From an uncultured delta proteobacterium (GTDB taxonomy: Bacteria > Desulfobacterota > RBG-13-43-22): a DNA stretch of 64,000 nucleotides. The DNA is taken from positions 1 through 64,000 of the forward strand of contig CAWJJC010000012.1 in the NCBI GenBank assembly GCA_963843145.1, read 5' to 3'. The position numbers and the translations under genes are program-made. The notes below the pieces were generated by a model, which was not told the origin of the DNA, made no database searches, and was given only the letters and a program-made list of their open reading frames with translations. How positions within the stretch are numbered: the first letter of the stretch is position 1; every line of letters begins with the position of its first letter. Of the stretch, positions 9,391-19,817 are shown piece by piece.

Positions 9391-10977
9391 TCATTTCGAG
9401 ATTAACGGCAGATAAAGCCAAGGAAAAAGCGCCCCATACTCCACCGCGCCGATGTCGCAGGCCGGACCCACCGGCCGAGCGGCGCCGCGCTGGTCGGTGG
9501 GTGGGCAGCCGGACCCGTGGTCAATGGCGGGACTTCCGGCCTGAGGCAGATGGGTCAAGGTGGGCCCTCCGTTGTTGGTCAGTGGACCGAGCAGCGGGTT
9601 TTTATTGAGGTCGGTACCCTGGTTCAAGAATCCAAGACAAGAGTCGTCGCCGGACAGGTTGAAACCAATGGAAGTAATGGAAGTCACACTGGTAGACACT
9701 TGGAAACAGTTTCCACCTTTAGGGCTGTCGGCTACGATAGAGTTCTTAAGCGTAAGGATCCGGCCACTTATGGAACTATTGTGATAGATACCGCCGCCGA
9801 GAGAGGCCGAGTTGCCGCTGAGAGTAACGTTGGTTAGGGTCGTCGTGCCGTTACCGTTCCAGACACCACCGCCGTTACCGCCGCCGCCAACACTTGTCAA
9901 GTTGCCGCTGAGGGTGACGTTAGTTAGGGTCGCCGTGCCGTTGATGTTGTAGAAACCACCGCCGTCACCTGCCTCGTTGCCGCTGAGAGTGACGTTAGTT
10001 AAGGTCGCCGTGCCGTTACTGTTCCAGACACCACCGCCGTTACCTACTACAAAGGGTCCGCTTAGAGCCTTGTTGCCGCTGAGAGTAACGTTGGTTAGAG
10101 CCGTCGTGCCGTTACTGTTCCAGACACCACCGCCGTTACCTCCTACTATGTTGCGGCTGAGGGTGGCGTTGCTCAGGGATACCGTGCCGTTGTCGTTGTA
10201 GACACCACCGCCGCCGCCAAGGGCCGTGTTGTCACGAAGGGTGCTTCCGTTGAGAATGACCGACGAATTGAGGAAGTTGTAAATTCCGCCGCCAAGTCGA
10301 GCATCGTTGCTGGAGAGGTCGCTGCCTTCAATCGTCACCGGGGCGCCATCCCAGGCCAGGATCGCCCCGCCCCAGCCGTTGGTCGTGCCCGTGGCGTGGT
10401 TATCTCGCAGCACGCTATTTATAATCGTCGTTTGCGCCAAGGCAAAACGCGGATACAACGCGCCACCGTTGAGCGCCCGGTTGCCCGCCAACAGGCTGTT
10501 GGTAATGGTCAGCGGGCCGGTGCTGACTATCGCGCCACCGCTAAAAGCAGCCTGGCTGTCTCGGATGGTGCTGTTTTCCAGGGTCAACGTACCGCCGTCA
10601 CCGCCATTGTCACCATTGTAGATTGCCCCGCCATTCCCGCTGCTGGAACCGTTCTCCAACACGATATTGCGCAGCGTCAGCGAAACTCCAGGGCTTACTA
10701 GAAATAATTGATGATCATTCAGCCCGCTAAGCGTGACCTGTCCGCCGCCGTCAATCGTCGTGTCGGCGCGGATGATCTGGGTACTGCTCAGGTTGATCAG
10801 CTTCGTGCCGCAATTAAAGGTAACAGGCCCGCCGCCGGCCAGCAGGTCGCCGAATTGGGTGTCGTCGCTGCAATTGGTGACCACACCATCGGCCAGGACA
10901 AGCGAGGCTGGCGAGGCCATCAGCCACAAGGCCGTTAAGCCAAACACAAGCACCAGACGAACCAATGAGCCGCGCAT
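9391..10977 (-). CDS. Secreted beta-helix protein with polymorphic-membrane-protein-like GGAI repeats and a choice-of-anchor-Q-like C-terminal domain
   Basis: ATG at 10977 with a GAGGAGG SD and a signal peptide. Repeats GG[AG][IV]x N..G..TLTNVTLSGN; LGPLTNNGGPTLTH...SPAID...DQRG...CDIGAVE; ends YLPLISK. Confidence 0.85.
   Translation of the reverse strand: MRGSLVRLVLVFGLTALWLMASPASLVLADGVVTNCSDDTQFGDLLAGGGPVTFNCGTKLINLSSTQIIRADTTIDGGGQVTLSGLNDHQLFLVSPGVSLTLRNIVLENGSSSGNGGAIYNGDNGGDGGTLTLENSTIRDSQAAFSGGAIVSTGPLTITNSLLAGNRALNGGALYPRFALAQTTIINSVLRDNHATGTTNGWGGAILAWDGAPVTIEGSDLSSNDARLGGGIYNFLNSSVILNGSTLRDNTALGGGGGVYNDNGTVSLSNATLSRNIVGGNGGGVWNSNGTTALTNVTLSGNKALSGPFVVGNGGGVWNSNGTATLTNVTLSGNEAGDGGGFYNINGTATLTNVTLSGNLTSVGGGGNGGGVWNGNGTTTLTNVTLSGNSASLGGGIYHNSSISGRILTLKNSIVADSPKGGNCFQVSTSVTSITSIGFNLSGDDSCLGFLNQGTDLNKNPLLGPLTNNGGPTLTHLPQAGSPAIDHGSGCPPTDQRGAARPVGPACDIGAVEYGALFPWLYLPLISK
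9790..10215 (-). repeat. Intragenic tandem repeats (~70-85 bp, about five units)
   Basis: Recurring DNA blocks TTGCCGCTGAGAGT.ACGTT.GTTAG and CCAGACACCACCGCCGTTACC encode GGGVWN.NGT..LTNVTLSGN. Confidence 0.8.
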
Positions 10978-11509
10978 GATCCTATGCCTCCTCGAAAATC
11001 GACCGCCCTCGACCGTCGGACGGAAGTTTAATTTTATTCCTTTATACTCCGTGTTTAACATAATTAGAGTTAAAATCAATATAGGGTAAATAGCGTATTT
11101 TTTAGAGGGAAAGACTGTATTTTTATGAGGTAAAATTCCACGCAACCTAACCCTAAACATTGCCTAACCCGAGGAGGTTGCAGATCCAAAAAATTAAGGG
11201 TGAATTTTCCTTGAGGCGAAGTCCTGCAGGAGCCTAATTATCCCACCGCCTTATTAACCAGTACCTTTAGAAATCTTCCCTATTGAGACCCCATAGATCT
11301 ATTGTGATCCTTCCCTAGCGGTTCCGTTCTTCATGCGTCAATCCAAAATTGCTCCCAAGGCTTCGGATAGCTGCATTTTTTTCTCTTAAGCAACTTTGGA
11401 TTGACGCTTATTCGAAATGTGCTATAAAATTAAAAAACGGGCGCTGTCCCTAAATATTACCCATGGCAGATACGAACCATCAGGGCGAACTGAATCGACT
11501 TTCATTGCC

Positions 11510-11592
11510 TTGTTTGAAACTTCCCGTCGTCTTCCGCGATTCGTCACTTGATACCAGGCGCCCGGATATTCTATTTTCAAAGGTCGGGACAT
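11510..11592 (-). mobile_element. N-terminal remnant of a REP-associated tyrosine transposase (RAYT, IS200-like Y1)
   Basis: MSRPLKIEYPGAWYQVTNRGRRREV matches the typical RAYT N-terminus (MARPLRIEYPGAxYHVxxRG), then the homology breaks off. Confidence 0.75.
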
Positions 11593-11851
11593 AACCAACC
11601 ATATACCACAAATCCTTCTTAAGAGCCAAAAGCGAAATTGACCTCTTTTATCATGTCGGTTATCCTTCTTGGCGCAGTAAACCACCTTGACCTCATCAAA
11701 AAAATAAGGGGTCCGCATCAAAAGAATACTATTTTTACCCCATTCCATTCTTCCGAAAATATTAGTATTTTCAATTTTGGGGGCAAGTCCTTCAACCCTA
11801 ACCCAAAATGCTTTGCCTTAAGTTTACAGGTCCTTGCGGAGGAATGTTTTT

Positions 11852-14149
11852 ATGAATACTCGTAGATATCGTGACCCGAATAGTCTGTTTATAATTCTGC
11901 CTCTGATCTGGGGGACCATCTTGGGGTTGTGGACCACCCCTGGTTCGGCTTCGCCAATCGAAAATTCAAGGGATGTCAAATTATCCCGCCCACCACTGCG
12001 ATTTGAGATTAACGAGGGACAAACCCACCCGCAGGTTCAATTCACCGCGAGGGATCGCGACGGAATCGCCTTCTTGACTCCCGGCGAAACGGTATTGCAG
12101 ATCTCCAGGAGAATGGATCGGCCGGATTCCGGCCCCGAATTGGGAAAGGCGGCCGGTCCATCGGTGGGGCCGACCTTTGAATCCTTTTATATTCGTTTAA
12201 AAATAGAGGGCGCGAACCCGAACTCCAAGGTAACTGGAATAGAGCGGTTGCCGGGGGTGACCAATTACCTCATCGGCGATAACCGGCAGAACTGGCGGAC
12301 CCAGGTTTCCGGCTATGCCAAAGTCAAATACGAGGAGGTTTATCCCGGGATCAATCTGGTCTACTACGGAAACTATGAGGGCCGCCTGGAGTATGACTTT
12401 ATCGTGGCGCCGGGCGCGGATCCCAACCGGATAATTCTTTCCGTCGAAGGCGCACGGGACGTAGCCATTGACCCGTCGGGTGATCTGGTCATGAGCACCG
12501 ACCTCGGAACGATACGCCAGCAGGCCCCCAGGGTCTATCAGGAGATAAACGGGAAGCGGCAGAAGGTGGACGGGCGATATAGAATAACTGACGGCGAGGA
12601 GTCCACCAGACGCAAGATTTTGGCCTTCGCGCTGGGGGGTTACGATCGCAGTCGGCCGCTGGTGATAGACCCGGAAATCGTCTATGCCACCTACCTCGGC
12701 GGGTCGTTGACCAGCACCGTGGCCAACGAAGGCGCCCGGGGTGTGGCCGTGGACAATCAAGGCTCGGCCTACATTGTGGGAACAACCATATCGGCGGATT
12801 TTCCGACCCTGAATCCGGCGCAGAATGCGCTGCAAGGGTTCAGCAACGCCTTTATAACGAAACTCGACTCTAACGGCCAACTGATATATTCGACCTATTT
12901 GGGAGGCAGCGGGTACGACGAAGGTACCGTCATTAAAGTCGACGAAACCGGTGCGGCCTACGTGGGAGGTACCACCTGCTCTGCGAATTTCCCCACGGTC
13001 AATCCGATTCAGGGAGACTATGGCCTCAACTGTGACGCCTTCCTCGCCAAGCTGAGCCCGAACGGGTCCCAGCTCGTTTATTCCACCTATCTGGGGGGAG
13101 CCGACCGGGAGGGGACGGCCGATCTGGCCCTGGATGCGGGGAAAAATCTGTATGTGGTGGGCAATATCTCCCCAGCATCGGGGGGCCCGGCCAACGATTT
13201 CCCGACCGTCAATCCCATCCAGGCCACTCATGGCGGGGGCTTCAGGGATGGATTCATGTCGGTCATCAACGCGGCCGGTTCGAGTCTGCTGTTTTCAACA
13301 TATTTAGGAGGAAATGGCGACGATTTTTTCCAATCGGTTGTTCTCGACCCGGGTAACAGTAAGGTCCTATTGGCAGCGGTATCAAATTCGACTGACCTTT
13401 TGCTGGGAAAATCCAAGGCCGCCCTTGGCCAATCGGAGACTTCCTCCGATATATTGGTGACCTTATTAAAAACTGATCCCAACAACCCGGCTTCAGGATT
13501 CACTATGGCGGCGCTTACTAGTTTTGTTTTAATTTCTACCTCCCCGGATTCTTCCCTCCGCTTTATACTATTTCCTTTCCCTACCCCTTATTGGTTCTCG
13601 AAAGCCCGCTCCGATATAGCCCCGAACCAAACCAATCTACCGCCTGGACAAGGCCCCCAACTTCAAGCCGGTGGAGGATTGGATATCCGGCTGGATTTTC
13701 TAGATAAAAGTTTGAATATAAGCCGCACTGTTTTCTTTGGAGGGAGTAACGAAGAAACAATCAGTGGATTAACGACCGATGTCCATAGTGCAGCTTACAT
13801 AATTGGCCGGACGCAATCGACCAACCTGCCGACCGTCAATCCCATCCAGGCCGCTCACTCGGGGGGCGACGCTTATGACGGTTTCCTGGCCGTGTTCCAC
13901 CCCTTGACCCTGCAGCCCATATTCGCCACCTACCTGGGTGGAATCGGGGTGGAATTTCTCAACGGCATCACCGTTGATTCCCAGGGTTTTATTTACATCG
14001 TCGGTGAAACCTGGGGCAACTTCCCCACCCCTACTCCCAACGCCATCCAAGACCAGCTTCGCGGGAGGACCGACGCCTTCCTCATCAAGATCTCGCCGGT
14101 CACCATCCCGCCTATCTTGCGCATATTTCTTCCTTTAATCCAGAAATAG
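11852..14149 (+). CDS. Secreted SBBP-repeat (beta-propeller) cell-surface protein
   Basis: ATG at 11852 after GGAGG; signal peptide. FEINEGQ, NYLIG, EVYPGI.L.YY, LEYDFIVAPGADP, LVIDP and repeated YSTYLGG/DAF..KL motifs; ends FLPLIQK. Confidence 0.88.
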   Translation: MNTRRYRDPNSLFIILPLIWGTILGLWTTPGSASPIENSRDVKLSRPPLRFEINEGQTHPQVQFTARDRDGIAFLTPGETVLQISRRMDRPDSGPELGKAAGPSVGPTFESFYIRLKIEGANPNSKVTGIERLPGVTNYLIGDNRQNWRTQVSGYAKVKYEEVYPGINLVYYGNYEGRLEYDFIVAPGADPNRIILSVEGARDVAIDPSGDLVMSTDLGTIRQQAPRVYQEINGKRQKVDGRYRITDGEESTRRKILAFALGGYDRSRPLVIDPEIVYATYLGGSLTSTVANEGARGVAVDNQGSAYIVGTTISADFPTLNPAQNALQGFSNAFITKLDSNGQLIYSTYLGGSGYDEGTVIKVDETGAAYVGGTTCSANFPTVNPIQGDYGLNCDAFLAKLSPNGSQLVYSTYLGGADREGTADLALDAGKNLYVVGNISPASGGPANDFPTVNPIQATHGGGFRDGFMSVINAAGSSLLFSTYLGGNGDDFFQSVVLDPGNSKVLLAAVSNSTDLLLGKSKAALGQSETSSDILVTLLKTDPNNPASGFTMAALTSFVLISTSPDSSLRFILFPFPTPYWFSKARSDIAPNQTNLPPGQGPQLQAGGGLDIRLDFLDKSLNISRTVFFGGSNEETISGLTTDVHSAAYIIGRTQSTNLPTVNPIQAAHSGGDAYDGFLAVFHPLTLQPIFATYLGGIGVEFLNGITVDSQGFIYIVGETWGNFPTPTPNAIQDQLRGRTDAFLIKISPVTIPPILRIFLPLIQK

Positions 14150-14544
14150 CGGATCAAAAGGATTTTTACCCCATCAAGAGCAAGGGTTTGGGGGGGGTGG
14201 AAGAATGATTTTCGATTAAAATCTTTCAAAATGAACAAAATGTCGCAAGCAAGATTACAGGAAGCTACTTAACAAAAGTGGTATAGCCGGGGATCGTCGC
14301 ACCACTAGCCGCAAAGGAACCCGAGGTTTGGAATTTAGGGGCTGGGGAGATCACCTTCCGGCTTTTCTATTTTGGTGGGACCAAGCCGAACCGGGCAGGA
14401 AAGAAACCCCTTGGCCGGGTCCGGGGAAGTGGGGATAGAATGGGGGTAACTTTTAAGACACCGGACAAAAAGAAAAGGGATTAATGCCTTAGACAATTGT
14501 TTTAATTATCTCAAATGGCAATAAACAAAAATCTAACCGATGGA

Positions 14545-16942
14545 TTATTTTTCCGGGGGACCTCCCGCATCCTTTATGGCCCAGAAGACTTTTTCCGGGT
14601 CGGCCGGCAGGGAACGGACCCGCCCGCCGCAGGCGTTGGCAATGGCGTTGAGAATGGCGGGCGTGGCCGGGATGTTGGGCATCTCTCCGATTCCCTTGGC
14701 CCCGTAAGGGCCATGTTGATTGGGCATCTCCAGGATAAGGGATGTAATTTTCGGGACGTCCAGGGAAGTGGGGATCAGGTAATTCTGTAGATTCAGGTTC
14801 TGAATGACGCCTTCCTTCAAGACGATCTCTTCCATGAGGGCGTAGCCCAGCCCCATGGCCACGCCGCCCTCAATCTGGCCTTCCACGGCCTGGGGGTTGA
14901 TGGCTTGGCCAATATCGAAGGCGGCCACATAATCCGTAACTTCCACCTCACCCGTCTCCACGTCGACCACCACTTCGGCCATATGGGTGGAATAGGTATA
15001 GACGAAATAAGGATTCCCCTGGCCGGTTTCCGGATCCAGGGTGGCCATGGGCGGCGCCCACCAGCCTTGCCCGATTAGACGTTTGCCCCGGGTCATGGCC
15101 CGGGCCGCAGCCTCCCGGAACAAAATGGACCGATCAGGATTCTCCCGATTAAAGATACGGCCTTCTCTGGCCACCAGCCCATGAGCCGGAATCCCCAACA
15201 ATTCGGAGGCCGCCTCGAGGATGGATTCTTTGACCTGCCGGGCCGCCATAATAATGGCATTGCCCATCAAGGTGGTGGAGCGGCTGCCCACCGTCGGCCC
15301 GGATTCCGGGACCAGATCCGTGTCCGGTGTCACCAACCGAACCTGATCCACGGAAATTCCCAATTCTTCGGCGCAGATCTGGGGCAGGACAGTAGCTGAC
15401 CCTTGTCCCATTTCGGTGATCCCGCTGTACAGCAGGACCGATCCGTCCTCATGCACATAGACATTGGCCCCGCAGCCGTCGCCGGCGGTGCCGATGCTGG
15501 TTCGATACCAGCCCATGCCGACCCCTACGCCCCGCCGCTTCGTTTTGTCGGCGTCGATATAGCCGGCCTCCCGGGAGCGTTTTTCCCAGTCGAAGGACCG
15601 GGCGCAGGCTTCCAGGGTTTCCCGCAGGCCAACGCTCTGGTCCAGCACCTGCCCGGTGGCGGTGGCGGAGCCTAGTTTGAGGGCATTTTTGCGGCGGACT
15701 TCTAAAGGGTCCAGCCCCAATTCCAGGGCTAATTCATCAATGATCTGTTCATGGGCAATATGGACCTGGGGGGCGCCAAACCCCCGCATGGCCCCGCCAT
15801 AAGGATGATTGGTAAAGGCCAGATAGGCATCTACTTTTACGTGGGGTATTTCATAAGGCCCGGGCATCATGATCATCGAATGGATGTGGGACCCTCCGGC
15901 CGGAGGAATCACCGGCCCCAGACTGGCATAAGCCCCCTGTTCGTCATAGATGACCCCTTCAAAGGCCGTCAGCGTTCCATCTTTTTTGGCCCCGAGCTTG
16001 ATTTCCATAATCATGGGGTGGCGTTTACAGGTCTGAAGGGTGATTTCCTCCCGCTCCAGGGCCAGCCGCACCGGCCGCCCGGTATGCCGAGCCAGCACCG
16101 CCGCCCGGCAGCCGATATCGATGGGAGAATCCTCTTTCCCTCCGAAACCCCCGCCCAGGGGCGCCTGGCGGGCGCGGACCCGGTTGACGGGCACGCCCAG
16201 GACAGCGGCCACATTGCGGCGGGTCGTAAAGGGGGCCTGCATGGGTCCTTCGACCAGCATGGTGCCGTCCGCCTGGGGGACGGCCATAGTCACATCCGGT
16301 TCCAGGTAGGCGTGCTCCAGGAAAGGCACCTGATAGGTGCGTTGAATGACCACCTCGGCTTCGGAGAACCCTGTCTCCAGATCTCCTTTCCGGAGCTTGT
16401 TGTAGGAAAGCAGGTTGCCGCGCTCATGAATCCGGGGAGCATCTGTTCTTCAAGGCCTCCCGGGGGTCAAAAACGCCCGGCAGGAGTTCATATTCCACTT
16501 CGATGAGCTCCAGGGCCTTTTGGGCGATCTTTTCGCTTTCAGCGGCCACCAGGGCTACTGCGTCGCCCACGTAGCGGACCTTATCCCCGCAGATCACCGG
16601 CTGATCGGGAATGATGGCTCCAAACCCGTTTCGGCCGGGCACGTCCCCGGCGGTCAGGACCGCCGCCACGCCCGGGAGCTGCTGCGCCCGCTCCACCTTA
16701 ATCGATTTGATCAACGCGTGGGGGTGAGGACTCCGCAGTATCTTCCCATGCAGAAAACCCCGTTGGTCAAAATCTCCACCATAAGCCAGCTTCCCCGTGA
16801 CTTTTAAAGGGGCCTCGGTGCGGGGCAGCGACCGTCCGGCCACGGCCAACTCTTTTTTGGGAGTTTGGAGCAGTTTCTGAAAATCGAACGCTTCCCTGGT
16901 TAAAACCCGGACTTGCGGTTGGTCTTCTTTTTTGGTGCCCAT
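14545..16942 (-). CDS. Xanthine dehydrogenase-family molybdopterin-binding subunit, split by a +1 frameshift near 16445
   Basis: The N-part (KVTG..YG, LRSPHPHA, VRYVGD) joins the C-part (HAYLEP, GGGFGGK, AMRGFG, EMGQG, GQIEGG, GAKGIGE) if one base is removed: ...EALK/DAPRIHERGNLL... Confidence 0.88.
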
Positions 16943-16945
16943 ACT

Positions 16946-17431
16946 TTACTCCTCACTTAATTTCCTGACATCCGCCGCCGTGTGGATCGCCTGGACGATC
17001 TTGTGGTAGCCGGTGCAGCGGCAAAGTACCCCGGAGATGGCTTTTCTAATTTCCGTTTCATCGGGCCGGGGACTCCTGTCCAACAAGGCCTTGGCGTTCA
17101 AAATCATACCGGGGGTGCAAAAACCGCACTGGACCGCCCCCTGATCGATAAACGCCTGCTGCAGGGGATCCAGCGATCCGTCTTGGCCGCTGAGACCTTC
17201 GATGGTGACTACCGATCTTCCGCCGACTTTCAGCGCCGGCAAAATGCAGGAATTCACCGGGTCATTGTCCAGCAGCACCGTGCAGGCCCCGCATTCTCCT
17301 TCCCGGCAGCCGATCTTGGTCCCCTTGAGGCCTAATACCTCCCGGAGCAGATCCACCAGCAGGGTTTCCGGGGGCACCTTAACGGCGACCTCCCGGCCGT
17401 TCAATTGGAACACCAGATCTATTTTTTTCAT
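16946..17431 (-). CDS. [2Fe-2S]-binding small subunit (CoxS/XdhC-like)
   Basis: GCREGECGACTV, QCGFCTPG and LCRCTGY motifs. Confidence 0.95.
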   Translation of the reverse strand: MKKIDLVFQLNGREVAVKVPPETLLVDLLREVLGLKGTKIGCREGECGACTVLLDNDPVNSCILPALKVGGRSVVTIEGLSGQDGSLDPLQQAFIDQGAVQCGFCTPGMILNAKALLDRSPRPDETEIRKAISGVLCRCTGYHKIVQAIHTAADVRKLSEE

Positions 17432-17443
17432 CGTCTTCGCCCC

Positions 17444-18367
17444 TCAGTCAACGGAAAAACCGGCCTGTTCCAAGGCCTTTTGTACGGATCTCCGGATAAA
17501 AACCGGAATCATCTCCTGCCGGTAACTGCAGGAGCCACGCAGCAGGCTGTCCCGAGGAAGGCACTCCCGGACGGCCAAGCCCGCGGCTTCTTGGATGGCC
17601 TCTCGGGTCAGGGGAGCCCCCCGCAGTTCGGCCTCGCTTTCCCTGGCCCGAAAAGGAGTGGGGGCCACCGGTCCCAAGGCGATAGCGGCTTGCTTAAATA
17701 CCCGGGCGTTCGAATCGACGGTGACTACTGCCGCGACCACCAGGACCGGCAGGGTGAATGCCCGACGCTTGCTTAAACGCAGGGTACACCCGCCCTGGTC
17801 CGGCTGCAGCTCCTGAAAACGGATGTGGGTTAACACTTCCCGACTGGGATCCAACACGGTTTCCCCGAGGGAAACAAAAAACTCGGTTAGGGGAACCACC
17901 CGTTCTCCTTTTTTCGAGGCAATGGTTACCGAGGCCTCCAAAGCCAGCAGGGGGATACTGGTATCCGCGGCCGGCCGGCCGCTCACCAAATTGCCGGCCA
18001 GTGTGGCGATGTTTCTAATTTGAGGAGACCCCACGGCCGCCGCCCCATCGGCCAGCAGGCCGGCTTTTTCCCGGATCAAAGGAGAACAGGCCACCTGGCC
18101 ATGGGTGACCAGACCTCCCAGGATAATGTGCCGGCCGTCCTTTTGGATGCTGTTCAACCCGGGAAGGCGACTGATATCCACCAGGGCCTTGACCTGCAAG
18201 TCCCGGCGGCGCAACTCCGGGATAACATCCGTACCGCCGGCTATGACCCTGGCCTTTCCCTTATAGTGGTCCAGCATATCCAGCGCTTCGGCTAAGGAAC
18301 CGGGGAATAAGTATTCCTTAACCGGGATGTCCCGGGCCCAATGTAAATCTTTAAAAGCAGGTTCCAT
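17444..18367 (-). CDS. FAD-binding medium subunit (CoxM/XdhB-like)
   Basis: IAGGTD, QIRNIATLAGN and ALGPVAPTP motifs. Confidence 0.93.
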   Translation of the reverse strand: MEPAFKDLHWARDIPVKEYLFPGSLAEALDMLDHYKGKARVIAGGTDVIPELRRRDLQVKALVDISRLPGLNSIQKDGRHIILGGLVTHGQVACSPLIREKAGLLADGAAAVGSPQIRNIATLAGNLVSGRPAADTSIPLLALEASVTIASKKGERVVPLTEFFVSLGETVLDPSREVLTHIRFQELQPDQGGCTLRLSKRRAFTLPVLVVAAVVTVDSNARVFKQAAIALGPVAPTPFRARESEAELRGAPLTREAIQEAAGLAVRECLPRDSLLRGSCSYRQEMIPVFIRRSVQKALEQAGFSVD

Positions 18368-18427
18368 AAGCCGCCTCGTCTAAAATTGGTTTTAGCTGTT
18401 GATTCGCCGTCGTGACCCGTGAAGCGA

Positions 18428-19072
18428 TCAGGACGCTTCCAGGTCGCTTCGGGTTTTCTCAATCAACCGGCGCATTCTCTGGTTATGTTGAGTCATAACC
18501 TGTTTGGCCTCCAGCGCGTCTCGGACTTTAAAGGCCTGCACCAGGTTTTGATGATCTTGATAAAGCTCCCCCAGAATGGAGGTGATATCGCAGACCAGGG
18601 GACGGGACCGGCCTTTGATCTGTTCCAATTGTTCTTTCAGCAGTCGATTGCCGCAGGAATCGTAGATAATCTGGTGGAAGTTAAAATCCGAAATGGAATA
18701 GGGCAACAAAGCTTTCTTCTTGATTATGGCCGCTTGTTCGGCCAGGGTCTTCCTTAAACTGGTTAAGGCGGCGGCGTTGATGTTTTCCGCCGCTAGTCCG
18801 GCAGCCAGCCCTTCCAACACCTCTCGAACCTGGTACAGGTCCCGGGCCATTTCCAAAGTCATCTCGGCCATCCGAATCCCGCGATTGGGGAGATGGGTAA
18901 CCAGCCCCTCCGCTTCCAATTGCTTCATGGCCTGTCGGATGGGGGTTCGGCTCACGCCCAATTCCTTGGTCAATTCCTCGACATTGATCCAAATGCCCGA
19001 AGAAAACCGCCGGGCGGCGATCATTTCCCGCAAGGCCCGGTAGGCTTGCTCTTTTAAGGTCAGACGATGCAA
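18428..19072 (-). CDS. GntR family regulator (FCD domain); start uncertain
   Basis: LGVSRTPIRQAMKQLEAEGL HTH; FH and DH motifs. Confidence 0.9.
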   Translation of the reverse strand: MHRLTLKEQAYRALREMIAARRFSSGIWINVEELTKELGVSRTPIRQAMKQLEAEGLVTHLPNRGIRMAEMTLEMARDLYQVREVLEGLAAGLAAENINAAALTSLRKTLAEQAAIIKKKALLPYSISDFNFHQIIYDSCGNRLLKEQLEQIKGRSRPLVCDITSILGELYQDHQNLVQAFKVRDALEAKQVMTQHNQRMRRLIEKTRSDLEAS

Positions 19073-19103
19073 GGTGGTAACTGGCAGGATCTCCTCCGAA
19101 TCT

Positions 19104-19157
19104 TTGACTATTTATCATCTGTGTTTTTAGGGTATGCGGGCGATGATCGAAAGTCAA
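19104..19157. promoter_or_regulatory. Inverted repeat upstream of gntR, candidate autoregulatory operator
   Basis: TTGACTATTTATCATC ... GATGATCGAAAGTCAA. Confidence 0.4.
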
Positions 19158-19327
19158 CAACAATTTTACAAATTATAAAATATTTGTACGATTTTCTTAG
19201 GCCCACGAAGGCCCGTCGGTCAGGGCCTTCTTCCGGCGATGAAATGAAAGACTTGTCTGATACCTACATCGAGTTCATAATGATTAAGACGCTCTGGAGG
19301 GCGCAGCTTAAATCGAAGGGAGAATCC

Positions 19328-19795
19328 GTGGACTCGACTTTTCTGCTCTTCCTGGCCCTGGCCGCTCTGGTTATCATTCTGTTGCTTTTACTCGGCCTGT
19401 TCCTGTTGCCCCGGCTGATGAAAGGCCTGGGCGGCCGGGGAGGGGGCTGGTCTAGCCTGGCCGAGGCCTTTCCAGCCCTTTATACCCCCGAGGGGGCCTT
19501 GTCCGTTAGGCAAACCATCCAGGTGAGGCGGGTGGTCTACAAAAGATGCGCCACGGTGGGGATCACCCCTCAGGGGCTTTATCTGGAAGTGAAAATCCCT
19601 TTTTTCTCCCGGCTAAAACCGGTGCTCATTCCCTGGGATAGGATTCAGGGGGTAAAGGAAGAGAGCTTGCACTGGAAAAAGACGGCCGTCCTTTCTATAG
19701 GGCAACCGGAAATCGGAACGGTCAGTCTTTTTTTGGATTTGTTCGCGCAGGCCCGGCCTTATCTGGATCCGGGGCTCTTGTCCCCCACATCCTGA
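19328..19795 (+). CDS. Hypothetical membrane-anchored protein
   Basis: GTG start after AAGGGAG; N-terminal TM helix; G...GLYL...F....LIPW..I motif. Confidence 0.65.
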   Translation: MDSTFLLFLALAALVIILLLLLGLFLLPRLMKGLGGRGGGWSSLAEAFPALYTPEGALSVRQTIQVRRVVYKRCATVGITPQGLYLEVKIPFFSRLKPVLIPWDRIQGVKEESLHWKKTAVLSIGQPEIGTVSLFLDLFAQARPYLDPGLLSPTS

Positions 19796-19817
19796 CCTGG
19801 GAAACAGAGGATTCCAT

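Noticed and set aside
16424-16426. TGA in the molybdoenzyme as possible selenocysteine
   Set aside because: The downstream homology is in a different frame, so this is a frameshift and not read-through.
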